Below are positions 7,459-15,705 of a DNA stretch of 32,000 nt, piece by piece; the first letter of the stretch is position 1; every line of letters starts with the position of its first letter. Below the pieces are notes generated by a model that saw nothing but the letters and a program-made list of their open reading frames with translations, did no database searches and was not told the DNA's origin. Source of the stretch: Sedimentisphaera cyanobacteriorum (lineage in GTDB: Bacteria > Planctomycetota > Phycisphaerae > Sedimentisphaerales > Sedimentisphaeraceae); assembly GCF_001997385.1 (NCBI RefSeq), contig NZ_CP019633.1, positions 1,680,001 to 1,712,000 of the forward strand, in the 5' to 3' direction. The position numbers were made by a program, and so were the translations under genes.

Positions 7459-7555
7459 GCAGGAAGTTTACGTTCATTGGTAAACCATTGCGAGGTGTTA
7501 ATATCAATCGGATGGCACCGCTGTGCTCGATGAAATCTGTGTTTGATAGCTTCTG

Positions 7556-8808
7556 TTAATAAATGAGCTGCATCCTGAGCCCCATTATAAACGCATCGCT
7601 TACATCCTGCCCGCCCGGATTGGAAACATACTGCAGGTTCGGGCTCAAGACAAAAGAAGACGAGAACTGGAAGCTGTAATACCATTCCATAACACTTTCA
7701 TAATCGTTTAGATAAGTTTGGCTTGCTTGGTCGCTGAAAAAGCCTCTGGAATAACCAATCCCGAGGATATCCTCATCTCTGGTATCGATAAGGCCGGCAG
7801 CCTGAACACCGAAACTGAAAAAATTTGTAACCGAATTGTACTCGCTGTCTGCCCAGCCCCAGCGGAAGAATCCTCCCAGACCCTGAGAATCGTCAGGGTC
7901 CTGATTTTCTTTAATCAGCATCTGATCGCAGCTTATATAAAAGCCCGTATCCTCGGAGGTGCTTTTTGATGCTGCAAAGCCGGTCTTATCCTGCCGGTCA
8001 ACCCATAATCCTGCCCTGTATGTCCCGGGCAAATTGCCTTTGGCTGAACTGAGGCTGATGGATTTTCCTGTTTCCAATGCGTAAAAATAGGCTGGTTCAT
8101 CGTTAAAAGCAGTATCAAAGCCGCTGGCTCTGCTGTCTGCCTGTGCATCAGCAGCCCCGCCCATCAGATACCATGAATCGGTAATATCCCAGCTTGCCGC
8201 AATACCAAGCCCTTGTTCAGGAAACGGTATTGCAGGGTCATCAACAAGCGAGGCATTCAAAAACTGACTGCATTCATCATCTGCGTATTCGCTCGCATCA
8301 AATATGCCGGTAAAATCGAGCTTGCCTATATTCAGCGTGAGGCTCTTGTCAAAGAAATGCCCTCATAGAAAAATTCCACAATATCCATCGAACGGTTTCC
8401 TACGCTAAGAGCATTTACTCCCCACTGGCTTCCTACTGAATGCCCGCCGATCCCTTCCGTATCCGGCCAGCCGCCCCAGCCGTGTATAAACAGCCTGCTG
8501 TTTTTAAGTCCTAAAAGCTTATCGAGATCTGCTGAGAGCTCCGCATCATACCTGCCTGAATGCCTTCCGCTGCGTTTGCCTGTACTCAATCCGCCATGCA
8601 CATTTACCTGATAAAGAGCCGTAAGAGAAACGCTTATATCAATACCGGAATCCTCAAAACTTTCTGCAGCAGCTTCGATTGGATTGTCTTTATCTTCAGC
8701 CATCACTGCGGAAGATTCTGATTCGATTTCGGCCTCTGCTTTTTCGGCAAAACCATTCACTGCTGGGAAAACCAGCATAACAGTCAAGAGCTTAGTGATA
8801 TTTTTCAT
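7556..8808 (-). pseudogene. OprB-family carbohydrate-selective porin, interrupted by a 1-nt frameshift
   Basis: The N-terminal part (start ATG 8808, AAGGA SD, signal peptide MKNITKLLTVMLVFPAVNGFA) stops at 8332. The C-terminal part is open from 8362 in another frame. Joined, they read ...DIVEFFYEGHFFDKSLTLNIGKLDFTGIFD..., which is continuous and OprB-like. One extra G in the GGG run (CCC at 8360-8362 on the + strand) restores the frame. Confidence 0.7.
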
Positions 8809-9053
8809 TCTAAATTCCTTGCATAACATTAGTCTTTCGAACGAACAAATGATTTCAAACTTAATTTGCGAAATCCCATAAATTTTGGCGTTGATAACAT
8901 CGTAAAATTTTATTGTCCTCAAATACTGCCAAATCTTTCAGCTGCGCTAAGATAGTTAGGCGTGGCTAAAAATCAAGCAAAAAATTAAGTGTTATATAAT
9001 TAAAGTTTAACAAAAATGCGTCTAATTCATAAAATCAACGAGCAGGGACGCCC

Positions 9054-11909
9054 TCAAACGGCGCCTGCCTCCTGCTTGTGATAGGCGAGCCTTTCCTTCA
9101 GGTATTTTGCAGTGTAGCCTTTCCCGCTCTCTGCCACTTCCTCCGGCGTGCCTGCGGCTACAATTTCGCCGCCTTGATCACCGCCTTCAGGGCCGAGGTC
9201 TATGATATGGTCTGCCATCTTTACCACATCGAGGTTATGCTCTATCACAACTACGGAATTGCCCATATCCGTAAGCGTTTGAAGCACTTTCAGCAGATTG
9301 CTTATGTCCGCAAAATGCAAGCCTGTTGTGGGCTCATCAAGAATATAGAGCGTGTGGCCGGTGGCAGGTCTGCCCAGCTCTGAGGCAAGCTTAACTCGCT
9401 GCGCCTCTCCTCCGGAGAGGGTCGTGGAAGACTGCCCGAGCTTAACGTATCCCAGCCCCACATTGCAGAGGCTCTGGAGAAGGCGGGAAATCTTGGGAAA
9501 GTTTTCGAAAAACTTTTTCGCATCGTCAATCTGCATTTCCAGCACATCTGAAATATTTTTTCCTTTGTATCTCACCTCGAGCGTTTCTGGATTGTAGCGT
9601 TTGCCTTTGCAGTGCTGGCATGTTACAAAAACATCAGGCAGAAAATGCATCTCTATTTTCTTCGTCCCCTGCCCCTGGCAGTATTCGCATCTTCCGCCTT
9701 TTACGTTAAAGCTGAATCTGCCGGGCTTATAGCCCCTTATCCTTGCTTCTCTTGTTTGGGCAAACACCTGCCTTATCAGATCGAACACGCCGGTGTATGT
9801 GGCGGGGTTGCTTCGGGGAGTTCTGCCAATTGGAGACTGATTTATCTCGATTATTTTGTCTATGTTTCCCGTGCCAACTACGTTTTTATGTCTGCCCGGG
9901 ATATCTCTGGAGCGGTATAACTTTCGTTTAACAGCCTTAAGCAGCACCTGACTGACAAGAGTGCTTTTCCCTGAACCGGAAACTCCTGTTACACAGGTAA
10001 ATACGCCCAGCGGGAATTTTACGTTGATATTTTTGAGATTATTCTCGCTTGCCCCCCGCACTTCAACCTGCTTGGTCTTCTTTTTCTTTCGTCTTTTCTC
10101 GGGGAGCCTGATTGAGAGCTGCCCGCTGAGATACTGACCTGTAATAGACTGCTCTGCGTTTTTTATGTCGTCCAGAGTGCCTTGGGCGATCAGTTTTCCG
10201 CCGTAAGTTCCGGCGGCAGGACCTATATCGATGATATGGTCTGCATTGTCTATTACGTCTTCATCATGCTCAACTACGAGCACCGTATTGCCTATGTCTG
10301 CAAGCTTCCTGAGGATTGAATTCAGCCGGTCGTTATCTCTTCTGTGAAGGCCGATTGTGGGCTCATCGAGCACATAGCAGCAGCCGACGAGCCCGCTGCC
10401 AACCTGAGTAGCAAGCCGGATTCGCTGGGCTTCGCCTCCGGAGAGGGTTGCGCTTGCTCTTGCCAGAGTGAGATATCCAAGCCCCACATCCAGAAGAAAC
10501 TTCAGTCTTGCCCTGATTTCCTTAAGAGGCTCGGCGGCTATGTAGGTTTTCTCTTCGTCCAGCTTCAGTTGATTAAAGAAATCAAACGCATCTGTGATGC
10601 TCATAGAGGTAAGCTCGCTTATATTTTTCCCGCCTATGGTAACCTGAAGAGCCTCCATTCGGAGCCTTGCCCCGCCGCATTTTCTGCATGGCCTCTCAGA
10701 AAGATAGCCGTGGAGACGGGTTTTAACATACTCGCTTGTGGTGTTTTCCCAGCGTCTTTGAAGATTGGGGATCACGCCCTCAAAGCTCCAGCCGTATTTA
10801 TCCTGAACAGCCTGAGAAGTCCCTTGCATAAGTATGCGTTTTTTCTCTTCGGTAAGCTTGGAGAAAGGGCTTGTCGGGCTGACATCAAAATGCCTGCAGA
10901 ACTGCCTTATCATCTTGGCATAATACATATTCAGCTGTCTGCCGCTTTTGCGCCAGGCATCTATCGCCCCGTCCTGAATCGAAACGCTCTTATCCGGAAC
11001 AACGAGATCGGGATCGAATTCGAGAACAATTCCGAGCCCGTCGCATTCATCGCATGCCCCGTATGGCGAATTAAAGCTGAAAAGCCTCGGGCTCACCTCA
11101 TCCAGCGAAACCTCGGGATGGTCTGCGCAGGCGAATTTCTCGCTGTAGAGATGATCCTGCCATTTGCCGTAGCTGCCGTCTTCGTTTTTTTTCTGCACCA
11201 TCACAATAACCGACCCGTCCCCGAATTTCAGGGCAGTTTCTACAGAATCTGCCAGCCTTGAACGGATGCTTTCCTTCATAACGAGCCTGTCAACCACCGC
11301 CTCAAGGCTGTGCTTTTTGTTCTTCTCCATAGCGGGAACTTTTTTCAAATCGTATATGCTTCCGTCCAGACGCACGCGGACAAATCCCTCCCTGCGGATT
11401 CGTGCCAGAGCGTCCTTATGCTCGCCCTTTGCGCCTCTAATCAGCGGGGAGCAAATTTGAATCCTCGTTCCCTCAGGCAGCTCCAAAACAGAATCCACAA
11501 TCTGCGTTGCGCTCTGGCTTGATATGGGCTTGTTGCATTTCCAGCAGTGGGGGATGCCTGCCCTTGCAAAAAGCACGCGGCAGTAGTCGTAGATTTCGGT
11601 TGTCGTTGCAACGGTAGAACGCGGGTTGTGCGAGCTTTTCCTCTGCTCTATTGCTATCGTCGGGCTCAGCCCGGATATGCTTTCAACCTTCGGCTTCTGG
11701 GCAATATCAAGGAACTGCCTTGCATAAGTGCTAAGCGATTCAACATATTTCCTCTGCCCCTCAGCGTAAATCGTATCAAAGGCCAGCGAGCTCTTGCCCG
11801 ACCCGCTCAATCCTGTTACTACTACAAAACTTTCTCGGGGAATGTCTATATCAATCATTTTGAGGTTGTGTTCATGTGCCCCGCGAATTTGTATATATTT
11901 ATTACTCAA
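9054..11909 (-). CDS. uvrA: excinuclease ABC subunit A
   Basis: 951 aa with a TTG start after AAGGAAA. Hallmarks: N-terminal [12 protein letters not shown], two Walker A sites ([23 protein letters not shown]), two ABC signatures (LSGGEAQR twice), and Cys clusters of the zinc modules ([16 protein letters not shown]). Confidence 0.97.
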   Translation of the reverse strand: MSNKYIQIRGAHEHNLKMIDIDIPRESFVVVTGLSGSGKSSLAFDTIYAEGQRKYVESLSTYARQFLDIAQKPKVESISGLSPTIAIEQRKSSHNPRSTVATTTEIYDYCRVLFARAGIPHCWKCNKPISSQSATQIVDSVLELPEGTRIQICSPLIRGAKGEHKDALARIRREGFVRVRLDGSIYDLKKVPAMEKNKKHSLEAVVDRLVMKESIRSRLADSVETALKFGDGSVIVMVQKKNEDGSYGKWQDHLYSEKFACADHPEVSLDEVSPRLFSFNSPYGACDECDGLGIVLEFDPDLVVPDKSVSIQDGAIDAWRKSGRQLNMYYAKMIRQFCRHFDVSPTSPFSKLTEEKKRILMQGTSQAVQDKYGWSFEGVIPNLQRRWENTTSEYVKTRLHGYLSERPCRKCGGARLRMEALQVTIGGKNISELTSMSITDAFDFFNQLKLDEEKTYIAAEPLKEIRARLKFLLDVGLGYLTLARASATLSGGEAQRIRLATQVGSGLVGCCYVLDEPTIGLHRRDNDRLNSILRKLADIGNTVLVVEHDEDVIDNADHIIDIGPAAGTYGGKLIAQGTLDDIKNAEQSITGQYLSGQLSIRLPEKRRKKKKTKQVEVRGASENNLKNINVKFPLGVFTCVTGVSGSGKSTLVSQVLLKAVKRKLYRSRDIPGRHKNVVGTGNIDKIIEINQSPIGRTPRSNPATYTGVFDLIRQVFAQTREARIRGYKPGRFSFNVKGGRCEYCQGQGTKKIEMHFLPDVFVTCQHCKGKRYNPETLEVRYKGKNISDVLEMQIDDAKKFFENFPKISRLLQSLCNVGLGYVKLGQSSTTLSGGEAQRVKLASELGRPATGHTLYILDEPTTGLHFADISNLLKVLQTLTDMGNSVVVIEHNLDVVKMADHIIDLGPEGGDQGGEIVAAGTPEEVAESGKGYTAKYLKERLAYHKQEAGAV

Positions 11910-11972
11910 TTCTATTTCCTTATAATTATGCCGCTGTGCAGCAGTCTTTCAGTTTCTGCGCAATGAACTTGC

Positions 11973-12001
11973 GATTTTAAAGCTCTTTTTTGTAACTGTC
12001 A
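11973..12001 (-). promoter_or_regulatory. sigma70-like promoter TTGACA-17 nt-TAAAAT of uvrA
   Basis: Read on the minus strand: TTGACA at 12001-11996, a 17-nt spacer, TAAAAT at 11978-11973, about 60 nt upstream of the uvrA TTG. Consensus-quality hexamers, but pattern only. Confidence 0.5.
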
Positions 12002-12426
12002 ATCACAAATTCAACCGCTAAAGGTTTAGATTGTTACAGCAAATCTCAATTTTTGTTTGTATTTTTGGTTAATTCGAATAACGAATGCGTCTCATTTGGC
12101 CGGTTAAAACAGCCATATTAAAAGATTTGCTGCTCTTTTCATTTATATAAAGGAAATAAGGATTTGGTATCACGGCAGAAGATTTATTCAGCCTAATAGA
12201 AATGAGCTAATTGGGGGAACAGAAGCCGGCAAATTAAAACGCTAAGATTCGGACGTCGCAGAGAGGCTTTAAAAGCAGAACAATTGAGAAGAAAATTAGA
12301 TTTAGAGCAAAGCCTTTGAAGCAGCAGAAGGCTATTTTCTCCGCTTCCAACAGGCATATCACAAAAGAAAAAGTTTATATTCTGATTGCAGAAATGATTC
12401 CCTCGCCAAGCACATTGAGACTGGGA

Positions 12427-12672
12427 TTATTGGCTCTTTGATGAATTATCATCGGTGGCTGAAGATTTTGCCGCCTGCTTAACCGCCTTGGGGTTAATCA
12501 TCCGTTCGATCTCAATGCGATGATCGGTGAGGTCGTTTCGAAGCTTTTCTATCTTAACTATATTCCGCCTGCACTGATAATACTGCTGTGAGTTGATTGT
12601 GCGGAGATTAACCACAGCAAGCAGAGCTGCTGTGAGCGATATTATAAAAAACAAAAACCTGAATAACTGCAT
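12427..12672 (-). CDS. FtsL/DivIC-like bitopic coiled-coil protein (putative divisome component)
   Basis: 81 aa from ATG 12672; an alternative TTG at 12693 gives 88 aa. It has a single TM (FLFFIISLTAALLAVVNL), a heptad-like segment (IVKIEKLRNDLTDHRIEIERMINPKAV), and sits in the dcw context. The assignment rests on architecture and position, not on sequence identity. Confidence 0.45.
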   Translation of the reverse strand: MQLFRFLFFIISLTAALLAVVNLRTINSQQYYQCRRNIVKIEKLRNDLTDHRIEIERMINPKAVKQAAKSSATDDNSSKSQ

Positions 12673-12722
12673 AATATTTGGCTTCAAAAACAATGGACAG
12701 AAATCACTTTAATTGCTCATTT

Positions 12723-13514
12723 TCAGCTTGGCAGGAGAATCTGAACTCCCGGCTTGAGTGCTTTATTGTTAGACACCTTATCCCTGTTGAGCTTTATAAT
12801 CTCCTGATACCTGCTGCCCTTTCCAAGCTTTTTCTTGGCAATCTTCCAGAGGCTGTCTCCGTCTTTAACAACGTATGTTCTCTTTGAAGAATTTCCTGCG
12901 GTGTATTCGAGGCTTTCGGAGTGTTTCTTTGCAAGCTTTTTGAGGCTTTTAGAACCAGAAATTTCATTATCCGGCGGTATCTTGAGTTCCTGGCCGGCAA
13001 TAACGCTGTTCTTGGATTTCAGCACATCCTTGTTTGCCGAATAAATCTTTTCAACCTTCTCGCTGAGGTCTCCTTTGCCGTATATCTTTAGTGCAATCTT
13101 ACTGAGGCTCTCGCCTTTCTTCACTTGGTAAGAACGGTATCTAACCACCTGTTTTGGCTTGTTCTTTATAACGTCTTCAACGCTTTTGGCCGCTCTGGCC
13201 TGATTCTCTTTTGTAGCAACGATTTTCTCAGCCTCATTTTTGTTAGAAGCAAAAGAAGCAGTTTCTTTCTTCTTGGCCGGTTCGGGCTGCTGAGAAATCT
13301 CCGGCCCGGAGATCACCATTACAGCATCTTTTGCGGAATCCAGCACATCTGAATCTTTGAACACTACTTCCTGCGTTTGAAACGGCAAAATTCCTTCGCT
13401 CTGCTTCTGCGAAAAGAATCCTTCCGGACGCGGGGACGCGCCCTGAACCGCTATCCACACTCCCGCTACCACTGCGAAAGCTATAAGTAAACCTGTTTTT
13501 TCTTTTCCTGACAT
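12723..13514 (-). CDS. membrane-anchored protein with two C-terminal LysM peptidoglycan-binding domains
   Basis: GAGGG SD before ATG 13514. N-terminal TM GLLIAFAVVAGVWIAV. Two LysM repeats: YQVKKGESLSKIALKIYG...IAGQELKIP and YVVKDGDSLWKIAKKKLG...LKPGVQILLP. Confidence 0.8.
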   Translation of the reverse strand: MSGKEKTGLLIAFAVVAGVWIAVQGASPRPEGFFSQKQSEGILPFQTQEVVFKDSDVLDSAKDAVMVISGPEISQQPEPAKKKETASFASNKNEAEKIVATKENQARAAKSVEDVIKNKPKQVVRYRSYQVKKGESLSKIALKIYGKGDLSEKVEKIYSANKDVLKSKNSVIAGQELKIPPDNEISGSKSLKKLAKKHSESLEYTAGNSSKRTYVVKDGDSLWKIAKKKLGKGSRYQEIIKLNRDKVSNNKALKPGVQILLPS

Positions 13515-13553
13515 CTCTACACCCTCTCTGAAACTGCTGCTGCGCTAAAGAAA

Positions 13554-14435
13554 TCAATTTAGTTTTGCTATTCTCAGCTTGGCGCTTCTGCTGCGGGGAT
13601 TTTCACTAACCTCGCCTTCAGAAGCAGTCAGAGGCTTTTTCGTTACGATTTCGTAAATACCTGCCTGCTTGTTTTCTTTAAAGTTCTGTTTCACGATCCT
13701 GTCCTCAAGGCTGTGAAAGCTTATCACTGCAATCTGCCCGCCCGGGTTGAGAATATCCGGAGCATCTTGAAGAAGCTTTCCAAGAGCACCCAATTCGTCG
13801 TTAACCGCTATCCTGAGAGCCTGAAAGGTTCTCGTTGCCGGGTGCTGCTTACCGCCGGTTCTAACTACCCTTGCTGTCAGCGAGGCGAGCTGCCCGGTTG
13901 AAGTGATTTTCTGATGCTGCCGTCTTTGGCATATCAGACGGGCTATCTTCCTTGAAGCCCTTTCCTCGCCGTACTGATAGATTATATCAGCAAGCTCTTC
14001 TTCCGGCACAGTGTTCACTATATCCGCAGCGGTAATCTCAATATCTTCATCAAGCCTCATATCCAGAGGCATATTGTTCTGGAAACTCATCCCCCTGTCG
14101 GGGTCTTCCACCTGTCCGGAGGAAAATCCCAGATCAGCGAGAATCAAATCAGCTTTTTCTATGCCCAACCGATGGAGGTTATCCTTAACCCGGCAAAAAT
14201 TGCTTTTTACCAGCGCTGCCCTGCACTCGGCACCGGCAAGGACATCTGCTGAATAATCAAGGCTCTTCTGATCTACATCAAAGCCTATAATCATACCACT
14301 GCTGCTGAGCTTCTTCGAGATAAGATAAGCGTGGCCTCCGTGCCCGAGAGTACAGTCAACAAAAACAGCATCCTTTCCTATGCTTATCCACTGAAGAAGA
14401 GTTTCTGCAAGAACCGGTATGTGTTTTGCCGACAT
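13554..14435 (-). CDS. rsmH: 16S rRNA (cytosine1402-N4)-methyltransferase
   Basis: N-terminal HIPVLAETLL, then DCTLGHGGHA, DLGFSSGQV, ISFHSLEDRIVK and NPRSRSAKLR blocks typical of RsmH/MraW. It sits directly after mraZ. Confidence 0.95.
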   Translation of the reverse strand: MSAKHIPVLAETLLQWISIGKDAVFVDCTLGHGGHAYLISKKLSSSGMIIGFDVDQKSLDYSADVLAGAECRAALVKSNFCRVKDNLHRLGIEKADLILADLGFSSGQVEDPDRGMSFQNNMPLDMRLDEDIEITAADIVNTVPEEELADIIYQYGEERASRKIARLICQRRQHQKITSTGQLASLTARVVRTGGKQHPATRTFQALRIAVNDELGALGKLLQDAPDILNPGGQIAVISFHSLEDRIVKQNFKENKQAGIYEIVTKKPLTASEGEVSENPRSRSAKLRIAKLN

Positions 14436-14665
14436 ATACTTTCTGCTTTTTGCCTTTGGTTTTAAGAATCAATTCCATCTGGTCTTGAGTAAGAATTGTA
14501 CTGCTAATCAAATCTAAATCAAAGCTAATTGCAGAAAAATCTTAACAAAAGGCTAATCCCTGCCATCTGCGTTTCTGCCGGCTTTCACATCCTGAGTTAT
14601 ATCGTTTTCAAAGAACTTAAAATGGTCATCCTGACCGACAAACCATCCATGAAAGATTTTCTAAA

Positions 14666-15157
14666 TCATAATTTTCGGGACAAAGCTTCCTCGAAGGCGG
14701 CTTTCCTTGCACCTCCGTGCTGCTGATTGTGAACAGGGAGCATCTGCTCTGCATAGGCTTCCCATCTGTCCGGATCCCATATTTCGAGATGATCGTTCAC
14801 ACCCACAATAACTATATCTGTCCCGAGTACTGCTCTTCGCCTTATCCGCTGGGGGATAAGTAAACGTCCCTGTTTATCGAGCTCGCACCTTGTGGCAAAA
14901 CCGAAATTCATCCTCTCATAAGCCACGATTTGATCATCCTTCACCTCACCCCCTTCGTTTTTGGGGGCGCCCTTGAAGACAAACTGCTCGTACACTTTTT
15001 CAGGATATAGGCAGAGAACCCCTCGCTCTCCGAGGGTGAGATAGTATGTCCCGGTGAAGCCGGTATCGGTGAGCATCTTCTTGAGCTCAACCTTCAGACT
15101 AACCCTGTTGGATTCGGGGTCTATCTTATGATCGTATTCTCCGGACAAAAAAGCCAA
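14666..15157 (-). CDS. mraZ: transcriptional regulator MraZ
   Basis: TTG start at 15157 after AAGGAAGGCGGAAAA. Two-repeat architecture; the second repeat has the canonical LDKQGRLLIPQRIRR and HLEIWD blocks. It lies upstream of rsmH. Confidence 0.85.
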   Translation of the reverse strand: MAFLSGEYDHKIDPESNRVSLKVELKKMLTDTGFTGTYYLTLGERGVLCLYPEKVYEQFVFKGAPKNEGGEVKDDQIVAYERMNFGFATRCELDKQGRLLIPQRIRRRAVLGTDIVIVGVNDHLEIWDPDRWEAYAEQMLPVHNQQHGGARKAAFEEALSRKL

Positions 15158-15336
15158 TTTTCCGCCTTCCTTTTAGTAAGAAGTTTTCGGCTGCCGCTAC
15201 AACCAAACCTTAATAAAGGTGTTGGTTCAATATTAGAATATACCTTGTAAAATCAGCGAATCAAGGAAAATTTCCAAAAAAATTTAAAATTTTTCCATCA
15301 TCTTTCAAATTTAACAGTGATATTTTCATTTTATGC

Positions 15337-15381
15337 CAATATTTACCCTTTCAATATCCACTCATAATTGTACAATACCAC
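15337..15381. promoter_or_regulatory. three direct repeats CAATAT(N)CCAC in the divergent dcw promoter spacer (candidate MraZ boxes)
   Basis: CAATATTTACCC at 15337-15348, CAATATCCAC at 15352-15361, CAATACCAC at 15373-15381. On the mraZ strand these read GGGTAAATATTG, GTGGATATTG and GTGGTATTG. A function is inferred only. Confidence 0.3.
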
Positions 15382-15432
15382 TATACAGGGTTAAACTCAA
15401 CTTATTAGAAACTCGAATCAGGGAATTCTTTT

Positions 15433-15690
15433 ATGGCCAGGGGATTTTCACAGCATCAAAAAAACATTATCAAAAACTACTACAAAAACCTCGACACAAT
15501 AGCACTCCAAAAGCTACAGGAGAGTGTATCAGAGCTTTATATCTGTGAATCGGAAAAGAAACAGGCAGGCCTATGGAAAAAAGCTGAAACCCAGCTGAAG
15601 AAATTAGACATAAAACCTGCCCAGCTTAAATATATAATCGAAGAAAAAGACCTCCGCGAACTGGCAAGGTGCATATCGAAACTCGTTTAA
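15433..15690 (+). CDS. hypothetical 85-aa basic helical protein encoded immediately upstream of murE
   Basis: ATG start, 15-nt gap to murE, no TM or signal peptide. Sequence MARGFSQHQKNIIKNYYKNLDTIALQKLQESVSELY... I do not recognise a family. Confidence 0.6.
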   Translation: MARGFSQHQKNIIKNYYKNLDTIALQKLQESVSELYICESEKKQAGLWKKAETQLKKLDIKPAQLKYIIEEKDLRELARCISKLV

Positions 15691-15705
15691 TAAAGTTTGT
15701 GAGAA

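Noticed and set aside
7199-7685. ORFs 7199-7483 (+, contains SCQSCQSCKS) and 7266-7685 (-) across the repeat tract
   Set aside because: Their peptide repeats are simply the translation of the 9-bp and 25-bp DNA repeats. They have no SD or plausible start context, and the minus-strand ORF overlaps the porin 3' end in another frame.
10344-11261. 305-aa plus-strand ORF antisense to uvrA
   Set aside because: It overlaps the highly conserved uvrA coding sequence completely. It has no start context or motifs. Long antisense ORFs are common opposite conserved genes of this composition.
15333-15548. 71-aa ORF overlapping the 85-aa ORF in another frame
   Set aside because: It starts inside the AT-rich promoter spacer and covers the candidate operator repeats. 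The alternative 85-aa frame has a cleaner start and ends neatly 15 nt before murE.
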